Below the pieces are notes generated by a model. It did not search any database. It had not been told where the DNA came from and saw only the letters and a list, made by a program, of their open reading frames with translations. The position numbers and the translations under genes were made by a program. From SAR202 cluster bacterium (GTDB lineage Bacteria > Chloroflexota > Dehalococcoidia > Lucifugimonadales > UBA826), in assembly GCA_022447825.1 (NCBI GenBank), contig JAKUTY010000005.1, forward strand, positions 1,373-65,372: DNA of 64,000 bases, read 5' to 3'. Numbering within the stretch: the stretch's first letter is position 1; the number at the start of each line of letters is the position of its first letter. Positions 19,011 through 30,007 of the stretch are shown piece by piece.

Positions 19011-19984
19011 TATTTCAGGCAATCCTGTAGTAATTTATTAAATGAATCCGATCCTGTGATTTCTTGGATTTCACTGTAAGCATCTTTTTGTAAAATTTTT
19101 ATTAAATTTTCTGATTCTTCTTTTGTGCCTAAATCAGAGATTATTGTTCGAACTTTTTCTAAATCATTTTTCTCTAATACTCTTTTGAAATACACTTCTC
19201 CGATCAGCCTTTTTTGTTTAGGTTCACCTTTTTCTATATCTGACAAAACGTGGAACAATTTTTTTTTGTTGAGGAAATCTATTGGTTGGCTTTCGTCATC
19301 TGACCATAATTGGTTGATATCAGATTGAATATTCATAGCGAGTCCTAATGACTGCCCAGCTGTAAAAAGATTTTGTTGTTTTTCAGGACTCATTTCGCTG
19401 AGACAAGCCCCAATTGCTAGGCATAAACCGATGATAGAGCCTGATTTATCTTTAGACATAGAGATATATTCATCAGTAGATGAGTTTAGCCCTTCTTGCA
19501 TCTCTAAGTCGCTAAATCGGCCTTCCAGAGACTTTAAACATGCAAAGTCTAGCCATGAGACACACTCAGAAGTGATGTGATTAGAAAAATTATTTGATGA
19601 GAGCTCTAACTAAGTAACTCTGGCAAGTGAATGCATTGCGTCTCCTGCATTAATTGCTTGAGCTGGTCCCCATACCCACCATACAGCATCGTTTGAACCG
19701 TTTTGGGGGTTCCCTGACTCAATATCGTCATGGATCTCAAGAAATGCATTAATCATTTCTAATGTTAATGCAGCAGGTAGAATTTTTTCATTTTTTAATT
19801 CAACACTGTAGCAAAAAGATTTTAGGATTTGGGCGTACATACGCTTTTTTGTTACTGAGTTTTGTTCGTGAAGACCAAAATGGTAAGACATCATGTCGTA
19901 AAGGGGCAATTTTTTGGAGTCAAAGAATGATTTGAGAGATTCATTGATTTCATTCTCAAAGTTTAACAATCTATCGTTAATCAA
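19010..19984 (-). CDS. Polyprenyl synthetase-family protein, degenerate, with in-frame TAG at 19610-19612
   Basis: Track ORFs 19610..19984 and 19010..19501 share a frame; the linker reads LELSS...LEGRFSDLE; motifs IHDDIE, WGPAQAINAGD, KK. Confidence 0.8.
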
Positions 19985-20637
19985 CTTTTATCCTCATTGA
20001 GTGTGGACCTGATTTTTTCTGAAGAGACGGCTCCTTCTCTCAATATATTGTGAGGTATAGTAGTAAAATCAACAATAGTTGAAGCTAAATCAGAATCTAA
20101 ATTTCCTCCATCGATGTACAAATCCGGATGAAAATTTTGAAATTGAACTGTAGCTTCTTGAATTGATCTCGCTGCTTTCTTCCCACTAATATTCGCACTA
20201 GTTCCGGTAATTGGAGATTTTGTTAATTTACATAGCTGTATTGGAACTTCATGATCAGGAATTCTGAAGCCTGCAGAGTCTAATCCTGAAACTGTAATTT
20301 CAGGTATTTTTTCTGACTTTTTAAGAATTGCTGTTAGGGCACCCGGCCAAAATCGATTGGTAATTTTCTTAATGTCGTCAGAAATTTTTTGAGTGGTAAA
20401 ATGTTCTAAATCTTCCGGTTTTTCGATGAAAATAGGTACTGGTGTATTTGGAGGTCTTTGCTTGATGTCAAAAATCTTTTTAACAGCATTTTCGTTAATT
20501 GCTATTGCTGCAAGGCCGTAAACAGTGTCAGTTGGTATACAAACAACTCCACCGTCCAAAAGAATGTTGGACGCAACCACTAAAGATTCTTGATTTATGG
20601 GGAGTATATATGGAATGCTCATATCTATAATATTCAA
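19981..20637 (-). CDS. tsaC: L-threonylcarbamoyladenylate synthase (Sua5/TsaC)
   Basis: PTDTVYGL, IKQRP, FWPGALT, TSANISG, STIVD, LREGA. Confidence 0.94.
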   Translation of the reverse strand: MNIIDMSIPYILPINQESLVVASNILLDGGVVCIPTDTVYGLAAIAINENAVKKIFDIKQRPPNTPVPIFIEKPEDLEHFTTQKISDDIKKITNRFWPGALTAILKKSEKIPEITVSGLDSAGFRIPDHEVPIQLCKLTKSPITGTSANISGKKAARSIQEATVQFQNFHPDLYIDGGNLDSDLASTIVDFTTIPHNILREGAVSSEKIRSTLNEDKS

Positions 20638-20670
20638 TCGAGTATAACATTCGAGTTTTGAGGTGAAAAC

Positions 20671-22341
20671 TTGTCAAACAATGAAATGGGTCAGTCAAAA
20701 TCTAACAATCGAGTGTCAGGTAGCGATGACCTTGAAGTATCAGCATATTTAGAAATTTCCCAGGAGAAATCTTCTCAAAGTCAATTTTCAAGCATTACAG
20801 ATGAATCTCAGCGTGATTCGATTTTAATTATAGATTTTGGGTCTCAATACAGTCGTTTAATAGCTAGAAGAATTCGTGAAAGTAAAGTTTATTGCGAAAT
20901 AATTTCGCATAAATCATCGTGGGATGATATTTCTAAATTGAATCCAAAAGGAGTGATTTTATCTGGAGGACCCTCAAGTGTTTATGATGAATCAGCTCCG
21001 TTATGTCCCTTATGGGTTTATGAGTCAGGACTCCCTATTTTAGGGATTTGTTACGGTATGCAAGTAATGGTTCATCAATTAGGAGGAACTGTTTCAAATT
21101 CTGCTAAAAGAGAATACGGCCATGCCATTCTCCATCAAAATTCTACTCAAGAAAAACTTTTTAATGGTCTTGGTGCTTCAATGTCAGTGTGGATGAGTCA
21201 TGGAGATAGAATTGATGCGCTACCTCCAGGGTTTGAGTCAAAAGCATTTACAGATAATTCTCCTATTGCAGTGATTGGAAATAATGCAAATTTATTTGGT
21301 ATTCAATTTCATCCAGAGGTAGTTCACACTCCACAGGGTAAAGAGATTTTAGAAAATTTCCTATTTCAAGTCTGTGAAATTTTACCAGACTGGACACCCG
21401 GTAATTTTGTTAATGAAACAGTAGAAAAAATAAGAGAACAGGTAGGTGACGGTAAAGTGATTTGTGCTTTATCGGGAGGTGTAGATTCTGCAGTAGCAGC
21501 TACGTTGGTTCATAAAGCTGTTGGAGACCAACTTACATGTATTTTTGTTAATAATGGTCTGATGCGGAAAGAAGAACCAGAAAGAGTCCAAATCACCTTT
21601 GAAAAATACATGAAAGTAAATTTCATATTTAGTGAATCTTCTGAAAGATTTATTAGAAAGTTGAAAGATGTGACAGACCCTGAAAGAAAAAGAAAAATAA
21701 TTGGTGAAGAATTTATTAATGTTTTTGACGAAGAGGCTAATAGATTAGGAGAGGTTGATTTTTTAACTCAAGGTACTTTGTATCCTGACGTAATTGAAAG
21801 TAGTGATAGCTCAGTTTCAGCAACAATTAAAACTCACCATAATGTGGGCGGTTTACCAGATCACATGAAACTTAAATTAATTGAACCCCTTAGATATTTG
21901 TTCAAAGATGAAGTAAGGCAAGTAGGCTTGGAATTAGGGTTATCTGAAGAGATGGTATTTAGGCAACCTTTTCCAGGTCCAGGATTAGCGATAAGAATTT
22001 TAGGCGAAGTTACAGAAGAAAAATTGGACATTTTGAGAGCGGCTGATTGGATAGTAATGGATGAGATTAAGGCGAATAATTTATATCAGGAGTTATGGCA
22101 AACCTTTGCAGTTTTAACAGGTGCAAAATCTGTAGGAGTTACGGGGGACTTTCGTACTTATGGACATGTAGTAGCTATCAGAGCAGTTACCAGTGATGAC
22201 GCTATGACAGCAGATTGGGCACGACTTCCTTATGATGTACTCGCTAGAATTTCCAGTAGAATTGCTAATGAAGTAGATAACGTGAGTAGAGTAGTTTTTG
22301 ATATCACTAGTAAGCCCCCGGGAACTATTGAGTGGGAATAA
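20671..22341 (+). CDS. guaA: GMP synthase (glutamine-hydrolysing)
   Basis: [45 protein letters not shown]. Confidence 0.97.
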   Translation: MSNNEMGQSKSNNRVSGSDDLEVSAYLEISQEKSSQSQFSSITDESQRDSILIIDFGSQYSRLIARRIRESKVYCEIISHKSSWDDISKLNPKGVILSGGPSSVYDESAPLCPLWVYESGLPILGICYGMQVMVHQLGGTVSNSAKREYGHAILHQNSTQEKLFNGLGASMSVWMSHGDRIDALPPGFESKAFTDNSPIAVIGNNANLFGIQFHPEVVHTPQGKEILENFLFQVCEILPDWTPGNFVNETVEKIREQVGDGKVICALSGGVDSAVAATLVHKAVGDQLTCIFVNNGLMRKEEPERVQITFEKYMKVNFIFSESSERFIRKLKDVTDPERKRKIIGEEFINVFDEEANRLGEVDFLTQGTLYPDVIESSDSSVSATIKTHHNVGGLPDHMKLKLIEPLRYLFKDEVRQVGLELGLSEEMVFRQPFPGPGLAIRILGEVTEEKLDILRAADWIVMDEIKANNLYQELWQTFAVLTGAKSVGVTGDFRTYGHVVAIRAVTSDDAMTADWARLPYDVLARISSRIANEVDNVSRVVFDITSKPPGTIEWE

Positions 22342-22418
22342 AGTTACACATTTTTTAATTCCCCTAAAACTAACCCTCAATAAGGGTTTAAAGTTGATTT
22401 ACATTGAGTGAGAGTGAG

Positions 22419-22850
22419 ATGATTCCAAAAATTACTTTTTTCAGTTTGTTGTTAATCGTGTTAATTGCTTGCCAACAAGAAATAGAAGAATCCGTGCAGG
22501 TAATGCAAAAAAGTTCAATTAATAAATACAATTGGAATAGCAGATTGTTATTAATTAATATTGATAACACTGAAAATGAACTTTACCAGTCGTTATTAAA
22601 ATTTCAGATTGAAAAATTTTGTGAATTTGAAGATAGAAAACTAATCGGAATCAAATTTGAAGATGGAATTAACAATGCTTATTTCACTCCTGATTTTATC
22701 TCTAATAAGTACGGTATGTGGTTAGTAGGATATGATGGAACGGTAAAAGGATTTTCTGAAGATCAGTCTTTTTTATATCAAATTTTTGATATCATCGATC
22801 AAATGCCCATGAGGCAAAATGAAATTCAAAATAATCCTTCAAAATGTTAA
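22419..22850 (+). CDS. DUF4174-like domain protein, probable lipoprotein
   Basis: Lipobox LIAC; YNWNSRLLLI, LVGYDGTVK, IFDIIDQMPMRQNE. Confidence 0.75.
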   Translation: MIPKITFFSLLLIVLIACQQEIEESVQVMQKSSINKYNWNSRLLLINIDNTENELYQSLLKFQIEKFCEFEDRKLIGIKFEDGINNAYFTPDFISNKYGMWLVGYDGTVKGFSEDQSFLYQIFDIIDQMPMRQNEIQNNPSKC

Positions 22851-22869
22851 TAACTTATAAAGGATTCAA

Positions 22870-24024
22870 ATGTTTAATAGATTAAGTAATTGTCATAATT
22901 CCAGTGATTTTAGAAACTTAGCAAAAGAACGGATTCCGTCAGCTATTTTTCACTATATAGATGGTGGTGCTGATGATGAAGCCACTTTAAGGCAAAATAC
23001 TAAAGCTTATGAAAACTGTGATTTAGTCCCAAGTGTTTTAAAGGGTGTAGAAGATATAGACATGAGCGTTACAGTAATGGGTCAAAAGCTCAATTTACCA
23101 TTATTTTTCTCCCCTACTGCATTACAACGATTGTTTCATTACCAAGGAGAGAGAGCAGTTGGTAAAGTTGCAGAAAAATTAGGAACATTTTTTGGTATTT
23201 CATCTTTAGCAACTGTAAGTATTGAAGAGATAGCCAATAGTATTTCTTCTCCAAAAATGTTTCAGCTCTATATTCATAAAGATAAGGGATTAAACGATAG
23301 TATGATTGAAAAATGCATCGAGTATGATTTTGATGCAATAGCTTTAACTGTTGACACTATAGTTGGTGGTAACAGAGAACGTGATTTTTATACTGGTTTC
23401 ACATCTCCACCTAGATTGAATGTTGGAAGTTTTATAAGTTTTGCTACCCATCCTCGTTGGACTTTGAACTATTTGCTTAGAGAAGGATTTTCATTACCTC
23501 AATTACAAGATCACATCAAACAAGGGACAGATATTACTATTTCAGTTGGTGAATACTTTAATTCAATGTTAGACCAGAATATGGATTGGGATACTGTTGC
23601 CGATATCAATAAAAAATGGGGCAGACCTTTGTGTTTAAAGGGCATTATGTCTGTAGAAGATGCTAAAAAAGCTGTAGATGTTGGAGCGTCCGCTATCATG
23701 GTTTCTAATCATGGGGGAAGACAGTTAGATGGATCTAGATCTCCTTTTGACCAGTTATCAGAAATTGTTGATGCAGTTGGTGATAAAGTGGATGTGATTT
23801 GTGACGGAGGAATCCGAAGAGGGACTCATGTTCTCAAAGCATTGTCAGTAGGTGCTAAAGCTTGCTCTGGAGGAAGAATGTATTTATACGCTCTTGCTGC
23901 TTCTGGAGAAAAAGGTGTTGAAAAAGCAATGGGTTTGATGCAAGACGAAATCCAAAGAGGTATGAAATTGATGGGTGCAAAAACTGTACAAGATTTAACT
24001 CGCGAAAATATTCGATTTAGATAA
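22870..24024 (+). CDS. FMN-dependent alpha-hydroxy acid dehydrogenase (LldD-like)
   Basis: [47 protein letters not shown]. Confidence 0.92.
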   Translation: MFNRLSNCHNSSDFRNLAKERIPSAIFHYIDGGADDEATLRQNTKAYENCDLVPSVLKGVEDIDMSVTVMGQKLNLPLFFSPTALQRLFHYQGERAVGKVAEKLGTFFGISSLATVSIEEIANSISSPKMFQLYIHKDKGLNDSMIEKCIEYDFDAIALTVDTIVGGNRERDFYTGFTSPPRLNVGSFISFATHPRWTLNYLLREGFSLPQLQDHIKQGTDITISVGEYFNSMLDQNMDWDTVADINKKWGRPLCLKGIMSVEDAKKAVDVGASAIMVSNHGGRQLDGSRSPFDQLSEIVDAVGDKVDVICDGGIRRGTHVLKALSVGAKACSGGRMYLYALAASGEKGVEKAMGLMQDEIQRGMKLMGAKTVQDLTRENIRFR

Positions 24025-25205
24025 TGACAATACTCGGAACTCCTTTTTCACAACATTCTACAAAAGTACTTATGCTTGGGTCTGGAGAATTAGGTAAAGA
24101 GGTTGTTATTGAATTCCAAAGACTAGGGGTTGAAGTTATTGCTGTCGACAGATACGCAAATGCGCCGGCCATGCAAGTTGCTCATAGAAACTATGTGATT
24201 AACATGCAAGATCCAGATGAATTGAAAAATGTAATTTTTTCAGAAAAACCAGATTATATAGTTCCTGAAATTGAAGCTATTTCTACTAAAACACTAATAG
24301 ATTTAGAATCTGAAGGATTTACAGTAATACCATCTGCTAATGCAACAAATTTAACTATGGATAGAGAAGGAATTCGAAAACTTGCTGCAGAAAATCTCAA
24401 AGTACCAACATCAGATTTTTTATTTGCTGAAAATTTCAATGAATTTCAATCTTCTATAGAACGTATAGGGCTTCCTTGCGTAGTTAAACCAGTTATGTCT
24501 AGTTCTGGAAAAGGTCAATCATTAGTTAAAAATGATTCAGAAATTCAAAATGCTTGGGAGTATGCTATTGCTGGATCAAGGGGTGAATCAAGTAAGGTGA
24601 TTGTAGAAAGTTTTATTGATTTTGACTATGAAATCACACTTTTGACTATTCAAACTACTAATGACTGCTTATTTTGTGAACCCATTGGTCATAGACAGGA
24701 AAATGGAGATTATCAAGAATCTTGGCAACCTCAAGAGATGACTATAAAAGCACTTAATGAAGCAAAAAATATTGCTCAGTTAGTGACTTCAGCATTAGGA
24801 GGTAACGGGTTATTTGGAGTTGAATTTTTTGTTAAAAATGATGAGGTTTTTTTTAGTGAATTAAGTCCTCGCCCTCATGACACTGGAATGGTAACTTTGA
24901 TTAGTCAGGATTTAAGTGAATTTGCATTACACGTGAGAGCTATTTTAGGACTGCCGATTTCTAACATAAATTTTAGAGGACCAGCTGCATCATCTGTAGT
25001 TTTGGTGAGTGGATCATCTGAAAATGTTCGATTTGAAATTTCCAGTGATGGCCTTAGTGAACCAGATACTCAATTACGCCTTTTTGGTAAACCGTCGGTT
25101 AATGGAGAACGACGAATGGGAGTGGCCTTAGCCCTAGGAGACAATGTTGAAATGGCTAAACTAAAAGCAAATAAAGTATCTAATTCTATAAAGCCGGTTT
25201 TATGA
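24024..25205 (+). CDS. purT: Formate-dependent GAR transformylase
   Basis: [37 protein letters not shown]. Confidence 0.96.
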   Translation: MTILGTPFSQHSTKVLMLGSGELGKEVVIEFQRLGVEVIAVDRYANAPAMQVAHRNYVINMQDPDELKNVIFSEKPDYIVPEIEAISTKTLIDLESEGFTVIPSANATNLTMDREGIRKLAAENLKVPTSDFLFAENFNEFQSSIERIGLPCVVKPVMSSSGKGQSLVKNDSEIQNAWEYAIAGSRGESSKVIVESFIDFDYEITLLTIQTTNDCLFCEPIGHRQENGDYQESWQPQEMTIKALNEAKNIAQLVTSALGGNGLFGVEFFVKNDEVFFSELSPRPHDTGMVTLISQDLSEFALHVRAILGLPISNINFRGPAASSVVLVSGSSENVRFEISSDGLSEPDTQLRLFGKPSVNGERRMGVALALGDNVEMAKLKANKVSNSIKPVL

Positions 25206-25501
25206 TTGATGAAATAACAAAAATTTCATATGGAACGCAGTTTCAACAGAAAGTTTGGCAAGAGTTAATCAAAATTCCTTTTGGTAGTGTTATGACATAT
25301 AAACAGATCGCTAACTTAATCGGTACTCCCCTCGCTTCTCGTGCAGTTGCAAATGCCTGTGCTAAAAACCCCTACCCCATTATCATTCCTTGCCATAGAG
25401 TTATTCGTTCTAATGGAGACATTGGTGGTTATAGTGGTACAGGGGGAATAAATAAAAAAAGGAAGTTACTCAATTTTGAATTTGGGTATGAAAAATTTTA
25501 A
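25202..25501 (+). CDS. ogt: Methylated-DNA-protein-cysteine methyltransferase (single domain)
   Basis: FQQKVW, IPFG, RAVANAC..NP, active-site PCHRV, GGYSG. Confidence 0.88.
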   Translation: MIDEITKISYGTQFQQKVWQELIKIPFGSVMTYKQIANLIGTPLASRAVANACAKNPYPIIIPCHRVIRSNGDIGGYSGTGGINKKRKLLNFEFGYEKF

Positions 25502-26765
25502 TGATATGAAAGTTTTACTTGTAGGGAATGGCGGTAGAGAAAGTGCTTTGGCATGGAAAATTGCTCAAAGCCCTAAACTGTCACATTTATACATATCTCC
25601 TGGTAATGCTGGAACTCAGCAATTTGGATTAAATTTGAATTACAGAGATTCTGAAATTGAAAAATTATTAGAGTTTGCAATTAACAATCAGATTGATTTA
25701 ACTGTTGTGGGCCCTGAGGTTCCACTTGATTTAGGAATTGTAGATTTATTCAAAGAAAATGGGCTCAAAATATTTGGCCCATCACAAATTTGTGCTCAAA
25801 TTGAATCAAGTAAATCTTTTGCTAAGCAAATAATGCAAAAAAGAAATATTCCTACTGCAGATTCTAAGTTATTTACAAACCCTAAAGAAGCATATGAGTA
25901 TGTAGAAGATTTTTCAGGTCCATTGGTAGTGAAAGCTGATGGATTGGCAGCAGGTAAAGGTGTGTTTGTATGTGCAAATAAATCTGAATCTAAAAATGCA
26001 ATAAATGAATTAATGGAACAGAAAACATTTGGTTCTTCTGGGGAATCAATATTAATTGAACAATTATTAACAGGCTGGGAAGCTAGTGCTTTCGTGTTTT
26101 GTGATGGTAATTCATTTTCTTCTTTAATTGCAGCCTGTGATCATAAGCGGATTGGCGAAGGCGACACAGGTCCTAATACTGGAGGAATGGGTGCATTTTC
26201 ACCTCCAGCTAATTGGGATGAACAAATAGAACAAGATGTGTTAGAAAATATTGTTACTCCGATGATTGAAGAAATGAAAATAAATTATGTTCCATATGTC
26301 GGAGTTCTTTTTATAGGATTGATGATTAATGAAGAAGGTCCAAAAGTGATTGAATTTAATTGCAGACTTGGAGATCCTGAATCTCAGGTGATTTTGCCAT
26401 TAATGAAATCAGATATTATTGATGTCATGCTGTCATGTATCAATGGTGATATTCAAAAAAATAATGTCCAGTGGAGTTCAAAATCATCAGTGGGAGTTGT
26501 AATGGCTTCGGGGGGATATCCAAAAGACTATGATGTGGGATTTGCAATTAAAGGATTAGACACTACTGATAATTTAGTTAATATATTTTATGCTGGTGCA
26601 GAATTGGACCACATGGGTAATACAATTACTTCAGGAGGACGAGTACTAACTGTTAATTCTGTTGCAGATACTATGAGTCTAGCTATTAAAAAATGTTACG
26701 AGAATTTAGACCGAATTCAATTCGAGGATTCTTACTACAGAAAAGATATAGGAACAAATATTTAG
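25488..26765 (+). CDS. purD: Phosphoribosylamine-glycine ligase
   Basis: GNGGRE, VVGPE, KADGLAAGKGV, GPNTGGMG, EFNCRLGDPE, GGRVL; start 25488 or 25506. Confidence 0.96.
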   Translation: MKNFNDMKVLLVGNGGRESALAWKIAQSPKLSHLYISPGNAGTQQFGLNLNYRDSEIEKLLEFAINNQIDLTVVGPEVPLDLGIVDLFKENGLKIFGPSQICAQIESSKSFAKQIMQKRNIPTADSKLFTNPKEAYEYVEDFSGPLVVKADGLAAGKGVFVCANKSESKNAINELMEQKTFGSSGESILIEQLLTGWEASAFVFCDGNSFSSLIAACDHKRIGEGDTGPNTGGMGAFSPPANWDEQIEQDVLENIVTPMIEEMKINYVPYVGVLFIGLMINEEGPKVIEFNCRLGDPESQVILPLMKSDIIDVMLSCINGDIQKNNVQWSSKSSVGVVMASGGYPKDYDVGFAIKGLDTTDNLVNIFYAGAELDHMGNTITSGGRVLTVNSVADTMSLAIKKCYENLDRIQFEDSYYRKDIGTNI

Positions 26766-26773
26766 GATTACTA

Positions 26774-28066
26774 ATGATTGAAAGATATGCTAGAGAAAAA
26801 ATGAAGGCTGTATGGTCTGACAAAAATAAATATGATAAATGGTTGCAGATTGAAATAGCAGTTTGTGAGGCTTGGGCAAAAATAGGCTTGATTCCTCAAG
26901 ATGATATTAAAAAAATCAGAAATGCTTCATATGATTTCGATGTGTTCACAGAAATTTTGCAAACAACTAAACACGATATGACAGCTTTTATTAAAGCAAC
27001 TACCATTAATTTAGGAGAGGAAGGAAGATGGATTCATCAAGGTCTAACTACTAGCGATGTGTGGGATACATCCACTAGTATGCAATTAGTTGAAGCTTGT
27101 GAATTATTAGATTATGAATTAAATGATCTAAGAGAAGCCTTAAAAGATAAGGCCATAGAACATAAGAACACTTTGATGATGGGTAGAACTCATGGAGTTC
27201 ATGCCGAACCAGTTACTCTAGGTCTTAAGATGGCACTATGGTGGGATGAGTTAAATAGAGGAATTGAGAGATTACATCAAGCAAAATCTTCTATATCTGT
27301 AGGTAAAATTTCAGGCCCTGTTGGTACCCATGCTACAGCTCCCCCGCAGATAGAAATAGAAGTGTGTGCTTTATTAGGTTTAAAACCTGCTCCTGTATCT
27401 AACCAAGTAATCCAAAGAGATCGCCATGCCCACTTTATGACTACACTGGCATTGATTGCTGCTACTTTAGAAAAAATAGCAACAGAGATTAGAGGGTTAC
27501 AAAGAACTGAAATAAGAGAAGTTGAAGAGCCGTTTGGAGATGGGCAAACAGGATCGTCTTCTATGCCACATAAAAGAAATCCTGAGTTGACTGAGAGGGT
27601 TTGTGGTTTGGCTAGATTGATAAGAGGTTATGCACTAACTTCTATTGAAAATGTAGCTTTGTGGGGAGAGCGAGATATCAGCCATTCCTCTGCAGAGAGA
27701 CTAATATTTCCTGATGGTTGTATGGCTTTAGATTACATTACTAATATCTTGACTGAAGTGATATCTGGATTGAGGATTTATGAAGATAGAATGGCAGAAA
27801 ACATGGAAATTACTAATGGGTTACTTTTTTCTCAAAGGACAATGTTGAAATTAGTTGAGAAAGGAATTAGTCGTGAAGATGCTTACAAGTTAGTACAGAA
27901 TTATTCTATGCAAACTTGGGATGAGAAATTAGATTTTAGAGAATTGATATGTAATGATTTGCAAGTCAAAAATTTATTGTCGCAAAGTGAATTAGACGAT
28001 TTGTTTGACTATAAATCCTATACCCAATATGTAGATGAAATTTATGCTAAAGCAGGGTTAAGTTGA
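26774..28066 (+). CDS. purB: Adenylosuccinate lyase
   Basis: MIERY start, GRTHGVHAEP, GSSSMPHKRNP, ERDISHSS. Confidence 0.96.
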   Translation: MIERYAREKMKAVWSDKNKYDKWLQIEIAVCEAWAKIGLIPQDDIKKIRNASYDFDVFTEILQTTKHDMTAFIKATTINLGEEGRWIHQGLTTSDVWDTSTSMQLVEACELLDYELNDLREALKDKAIEHKNTLMMGRTHGVHAEPVTLGLKMALWWDELNRGIERLHQAKSSISVGKISGPVGTHATAPPQIEIEVCALLGLKPAPVSNQVIQRDRHAHFMTTLALIAATLEKIATEIRGLQRTEIREVEEPFGDGQTGSSSMPHKRNPELTERVCGLARLIRGYALTSIENVALWGERDISHSSAERLIFPDGCMALDYITNILTEVISGLRIYEDRMAENMEITNGLLFSQRTMLKLVEKGISREDAYKLVQNYSMQTWDEKLDFRELICNDLQVKNLLSQSELDDLFDYKSYTQYVDEIYAKAGLS

Positions 28067-28069
28067 AGT

Positions 28070-28957
28070 ATGATTGATTCTACAGCTTTATTAGAATCAG
28101 ATTTCCCCAATTTGATCCACAGAGGTAAGGTTCGCGATACTCATTTTGTTGATGAGGAAACTTTATTAATGGTTGCTACAGATAGAGTCTCTGCGTTTGA
28201 TGTAGTTTTACCAACAGGGATTCCTGGAAAAGGTAAAGTACTTAATCAAATGGCATCTTTTTGGTTTGAGAAAACAAAACATATTATCCCAAATCATTTT
28301 TTGAAATTAGGAGTTGATGATCAAAGATTAGATTGCTACTCTTCTGATTTGAAGGCAAGATCCATGTTGGTAAAAAAGGCTGAAAGGTTAGATGTTGAAT
28401 GTGTTGCTAGAGGCTATATAACTGGTTCAGCTCTTTTAGAGTATCAAGAAAAAGGTTCCACAAGTGGAATTAAGCTACCAGAAGGATTAGTGGAGTCTGA
28501 TAAATTGAAATCTACAATTTTTACTCCTTCTACTAAAGCAAATGAAGGTCACGATGAGAATATCAGTTTTGATCAAATGATTAGCATTGTAGGTTCAGAC
28601 ATAGCGGAAGAGTTGAGACATGTCACTTTGGATTTGTATAGTTTTGCCCATGATTATGCACTAAGTAAAGGTATCATTATTGCAGATACTAAATTTGAAT
28701 TCGGAATAATAGATAATCAAATAATTTTAATTGATGAGATTTTAACTCCCGACTCTAGTAGGTTTTGGGATTTTACAAAATATGAACCTGGAAAAGTACA
28801 AGAAAGTTTTGATAAGCAATTTATTAGAAATTGGTTATTGGCCCAGAATTGGGATAAAGAGTATCCGGGACCTCAATTACCAAGTGCTATTATTTCTGAA
28901 ACGAGTAGAATTTACCTAGAAGTATTTGAAACTTTAACCGAATTAAAAATAAACTGA
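28070..28957 (+). CDS. purC: SAICAR synthetase
   Basis: GKVRD, TDRVSAFD, ECVARGY, ADTKFEFG, DEILTPDSSR. Confidence 0.96.
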   Translation: MIDSTALLESDFPNLIHRGKVRDTHFVDEETLLMVATDRVSAFDVVLPTGIPGKGKVLNQMASFWFEKTKHIIPNHFLKLGVDDQRLDCYSSDLKARSMLVKKAERLDVECVARGYITGSALLEYQEKGSTSGIKLPEGLVESDKLKSTIFTPSTKANEGHDENISFDQMISIVGSDIAEELRHVTLDLYSFAHDYALSKGIIIADTKFEFGIIDNQIILIDEILTPDSSRFWDFTKYEPGKVQESFDKQFIRNWLLAQNWDKEYPGPQLPSAIISETSRIYLEVFETLTELKIN

Positions 28958-28961
28958 GAGA

Positions 28962-29153
28962 GTGATGACTACACAAAAAACACCTAAAAAAGATAGATTA
29001 ACTGCTACCCAAGCTAGAGCTGCTCGTAGAGATAGGCAATCAGCTAAAAGTAAAATTAAAAGATGGCTCATCACAATTGCTGTTTCATTGGTAGCTATAT
29101 TGTTGATATTGGGATTGATTGCTCCGATGTTAACTTCATTGTCAGGTAATTAA
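28962..29153 (+). CDS. Small basic single-pass membrane protein
   Basis: Arg/Lys-rich N-terminus then one TM helix; fills the purC-purS gap with 4-nt spacers. Confidence 0.65.
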   Translation: MMTTQKTPKKDRLTATQARAARRDRQSAKSKIKRWLITIAVSLVAILLILGLIAPMLTSLSGN

Positions 29154-29157
29154 TTTT

Positions 29158-29400
29158 TTGAAAGTCAAAATTTTTATTAGTCTTAAACCCACAGTAAGTG
29201 ACCCTCAGGGCACAACCATAAAAGGTGCACTGCATAAACTTGGATTTAATATGGTTAATGATGTTAGGGCTGGAAAGTTTATTGAATTAGACATTGAAGA
29301 TGGTGAAGAATCTGATATCAGGCTTCAGGTGTCTGAAATGTGTCAAAAACTACTTTCTAATCCGATTATAGAAGATTTTGAATTTGAATTAGAGAAATAG
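29158..29400 (+). CDS. purS: FGAM synthase subunit PurS
   Basis: LKPTVSDPQG, VRAGK, LLSNPIIE. Confidence 0.94.
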   Translation: MKVKIFISLKPTVSDPQGTTIKGALHKLGFNMVNDVRAGKFIELDIEDGEESDIRLQVSEMCQKLLSNPIIEDFEFELEK

Positions 29401-29401
29401 T

Positions 29402-30007
29402 TTAGGCGTTAATAGTTCCTTTAGTACTAGAAATTGAATCTCCTACTCTAGGATCGAAAGATACTGCTGTTTTTAGAGATCTAGCTAAACTCTTGAATGA
29501 AGCTTCAGCGATGTGGTGGTTGTTAATTCCTGAGACCACTTTTAAATGCAGATTAATTTTTGCCTCAATTGCAAATGCTTCCATGAAATGACGAATTAAA
29601 TCCGAAGGTAATCCACCTAGATCAGAATCTGTCAAAGGTGATTCTACGCATGCGTATCCCCTACCCCCGCAATCTACAACTGTTAAAACTAGGGCCTCAT
29701 CCAAGGGTACGTATGTATGTCCCATTCGTGTGATGCCTTGCCCGTCAGATAATGCTTCGTTAATTGTTTGGCCTAATGTAATAGCTATGTCTTCTACTAA
29801 ATGATGATAACCCACTTCAATATCACCAGATGCTTGAATATCTAAATCCATCAACCCGTGACGTGCTATTTGTGCAAGTAGATGGTCTAACATTCCGTTA
29901 CCGGTTTTTACATTGTATTCGCCTGTTCCATCCAAATTGATTTTGACATTAATGTCAGTTTCGTTAGTTTTTCTTTTTTTCTGGGCTATTCTTTGTGATT
30001 TACTCAT
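29402..30007 (-). CDS. hisB: Imidazoleglycerol-phosphate dehydratase (monofunctional)
   Basis: RKTNETDI, DHLL, HHLVED, NNHHIAEA, STKG; no N-terminal HAD phosphatase domain. Confidence 0.95.
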   Translation of the reverse strand: MSKSQRIAQKKRKTNETDINVKINLDGTGEYNVKTGNGMLDHLLAQIARHGLMDLDIQASGDIEVGYHHLVEDIAITLGQTINEALSDGQGITRMGHTYVPLDEALVLTVVDCGGRGYACVESPLTDSDLGGLPSDLIRHFMEAFAIEAKINLHLKVVSGINNHHIAEASFKSLARSLKTAVSFDPRVGDSISSTKGTINA

